This document shows, piece after piece, positions 63,074 to 64,000 of a stretch of DNA of 64,000 bases. Location: contig OZ245365.1 in NCBI GenBank assembly GCA_965226495.1, forward strand, positions 4,640,001-4,704,000, given 5' to 3'. The DNA comes from Candidatus Marinacidobacterales bacterium (GTDB lineage: Bacteria; Acidobacteriota; Vicinamibacteria; Marinacidobacterales; DATDRI01). Under the pieces are notes generated by a model. That model was not told the DNA's origin and did no database searches. It was given only the letters and a program-made list of their open reading frames with translations. Numbering within the stretch: position 1 is the stretch's first letter; each line of letters begins with the position of its first letter. The translations under genes were made by a program, and so were the position numbers.

Positions 63074-63156
63074 AGCAACAGTTTGCACGCGCCGTCTGAA
63101 TTGGGCTAGTGTCGTCCCAGCTTCCTTGCCCAGACTTCCTAAAACTCGGTAGTCAT

Positions 63157-63417
63157 ATGTCCGAAAACGACGCCCCAAAGGAGTTGGCCGCGAAGGAAGC
63201 CTTCGCCCTATCGCTGCTCGTGATCGTAGTGGGGGGTCTCCTCTTTGCCGCGTTCTCATTCATTACTTTTGGAGTGCCCCTACTGGTCGTTGCCATCGCG
63301 GGCATCCTTTGGATGTACGTCGGCATCATGAAGTGGGTCGACCGCACACTGACGAAACGGACCGCCTCTCGGGGGACTCCTGCTGACGGGGCCGAGGGGG
63401 GCGGCGACTCTCGGTGA
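63157..63417 (+). CDS. Small 2-TM membrane protein
   Basis: Two hydrophobic helices; GTGA overlap with the next gene. Confidence 0.6.
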   Translation: MSENDAPKELAAKEAFALSLLVIVVGGLLFAAFSFITFGVPLLVVAIAGILWMYVGIMKWVDRTLTKRTASRGTPADGAEGGGDSR

Positions 63418-63848
63418 GCCTCAAAGATATTCTTGCCGGGCGGCCTAAGATCATCGCCCGGACCCGAACCGGCAAATGCTTCAAGGGCTACCTTCGGGAC
63501 GGCCGATTCTTATCCCGTGGTCGGCTGCGCATGACCACCCTCGAAGGCGAAGAGCTGCCGGTGGATCTTAGTCAACTGAAGGGTGTGTTCTTCGTGCGCG
63601 ATTTCAAGGGCAACGAGAACTACCTGGAGACTAAGGTCTTGATGGCTGATCCCGAACAGCTCGGCCTGAGGGTACGACTGCGGTTCGAAGACAACGAGAC
63701 GATGGAAGGTATCGCCGAGAACCAGCTAGAGCTACTCGAGTCGGCCGGTTTTTTCTTTTGGCCCGCCGATCCGGAGGCCAACAACAGCTTGATCTTCGTG
63801 GTCACGTCGGCCTTGTTGGGTTTCCGCGTCCTCAGCGTCAAGGGTTGA
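63414..63848 (+). CDS. Hypothetical protein (DUF6982-like)
   Basis: LKGVFFVRDF.GN, RLRFED.E.MEG, GFFFWPADP..NN..IFV. Confidence 0.7.
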   Translation: MSLKDILAGRPKIIARTRTGKCFKGYLRDGRFLSRGRLRMTTLEGEELPVDLSQLKGVFFVRDFKGNENYLETKVLMADPEQLGLRVRLRFEDNETMEGIAENQLELLESAGFFFWPADPEANNSLIFVVTSALLGFRVLSVKG

Positions 63849-63954
63849 GGGACGCCTGCCTAACTCGATCGTGGCAACGTGTTATTCTGGCGCCCTTCAG
63901 TAACCTCCTCCTTCATTAGTAAGGACCCGAACAGGAGAGCAAAGGAGAGAAATT

Positions 63955-64000
63955 GTGAAAGAACCGAAAGTGATACGTCTTCAGCCGGACGGCCCCATGA
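63955..64000 (+). CDS. Start of a CDS running off the window edge
   Basis: AAGGAG RBS, then GTG: MKEPKVIRLQPDGPM, open at the edge. Confidence 0.4.
   Translation, partial: MKEPKVIRLQPDGPM

Overview
GC-rich bacterial chromosome segment. The gene style (DUF4388 proteins, Ser/Thr kinases with TolB/PD40 propellers, CRTAC1/ASPIC-UnbV protein, atypical sulfatases) suggests Acidobacteriota; this is an inference. Core content includes gcvT-gcvH-gcvP, RNase P RNA, ispB-yajQ-tatD, radC, larC, cobB, prkA-yeaH-spoVR, a Cpx-like two-component module and two PIN-type toxin-antitoxin pairs. The most notable signals are: (1) two adjacent ORFs (33151-30326, minus strand) separated only by an in-frame TGA followed by a bacterial SECIS-like hairpin, i.e. 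a candidate ~941-aa secreted FG-GAP/ASPIC-UnbV/thioredoxin selenoprotein; (2) a PilB/GspE homologue with a Cys-rich N-terminus, an MshEN motif and degenerate ATPase motifs; (3) a repeated HNH-endonuclease element (one intact copy, one pseudogene, small palindromic remnants) next to Ser/Thr kinase genes and truncated genes; (4) two copies of a hairpin MITE at gene 3' ends, one of which rewrites a protein C-terminus, plus BoxC-like and GGGGTCAGA-type REP elements. Several frameshifts (nitrilase, sulfatase) may be sequencing errors or real decay. No database searches or computations were run; all calls come from reading the sequence and the ORF track.
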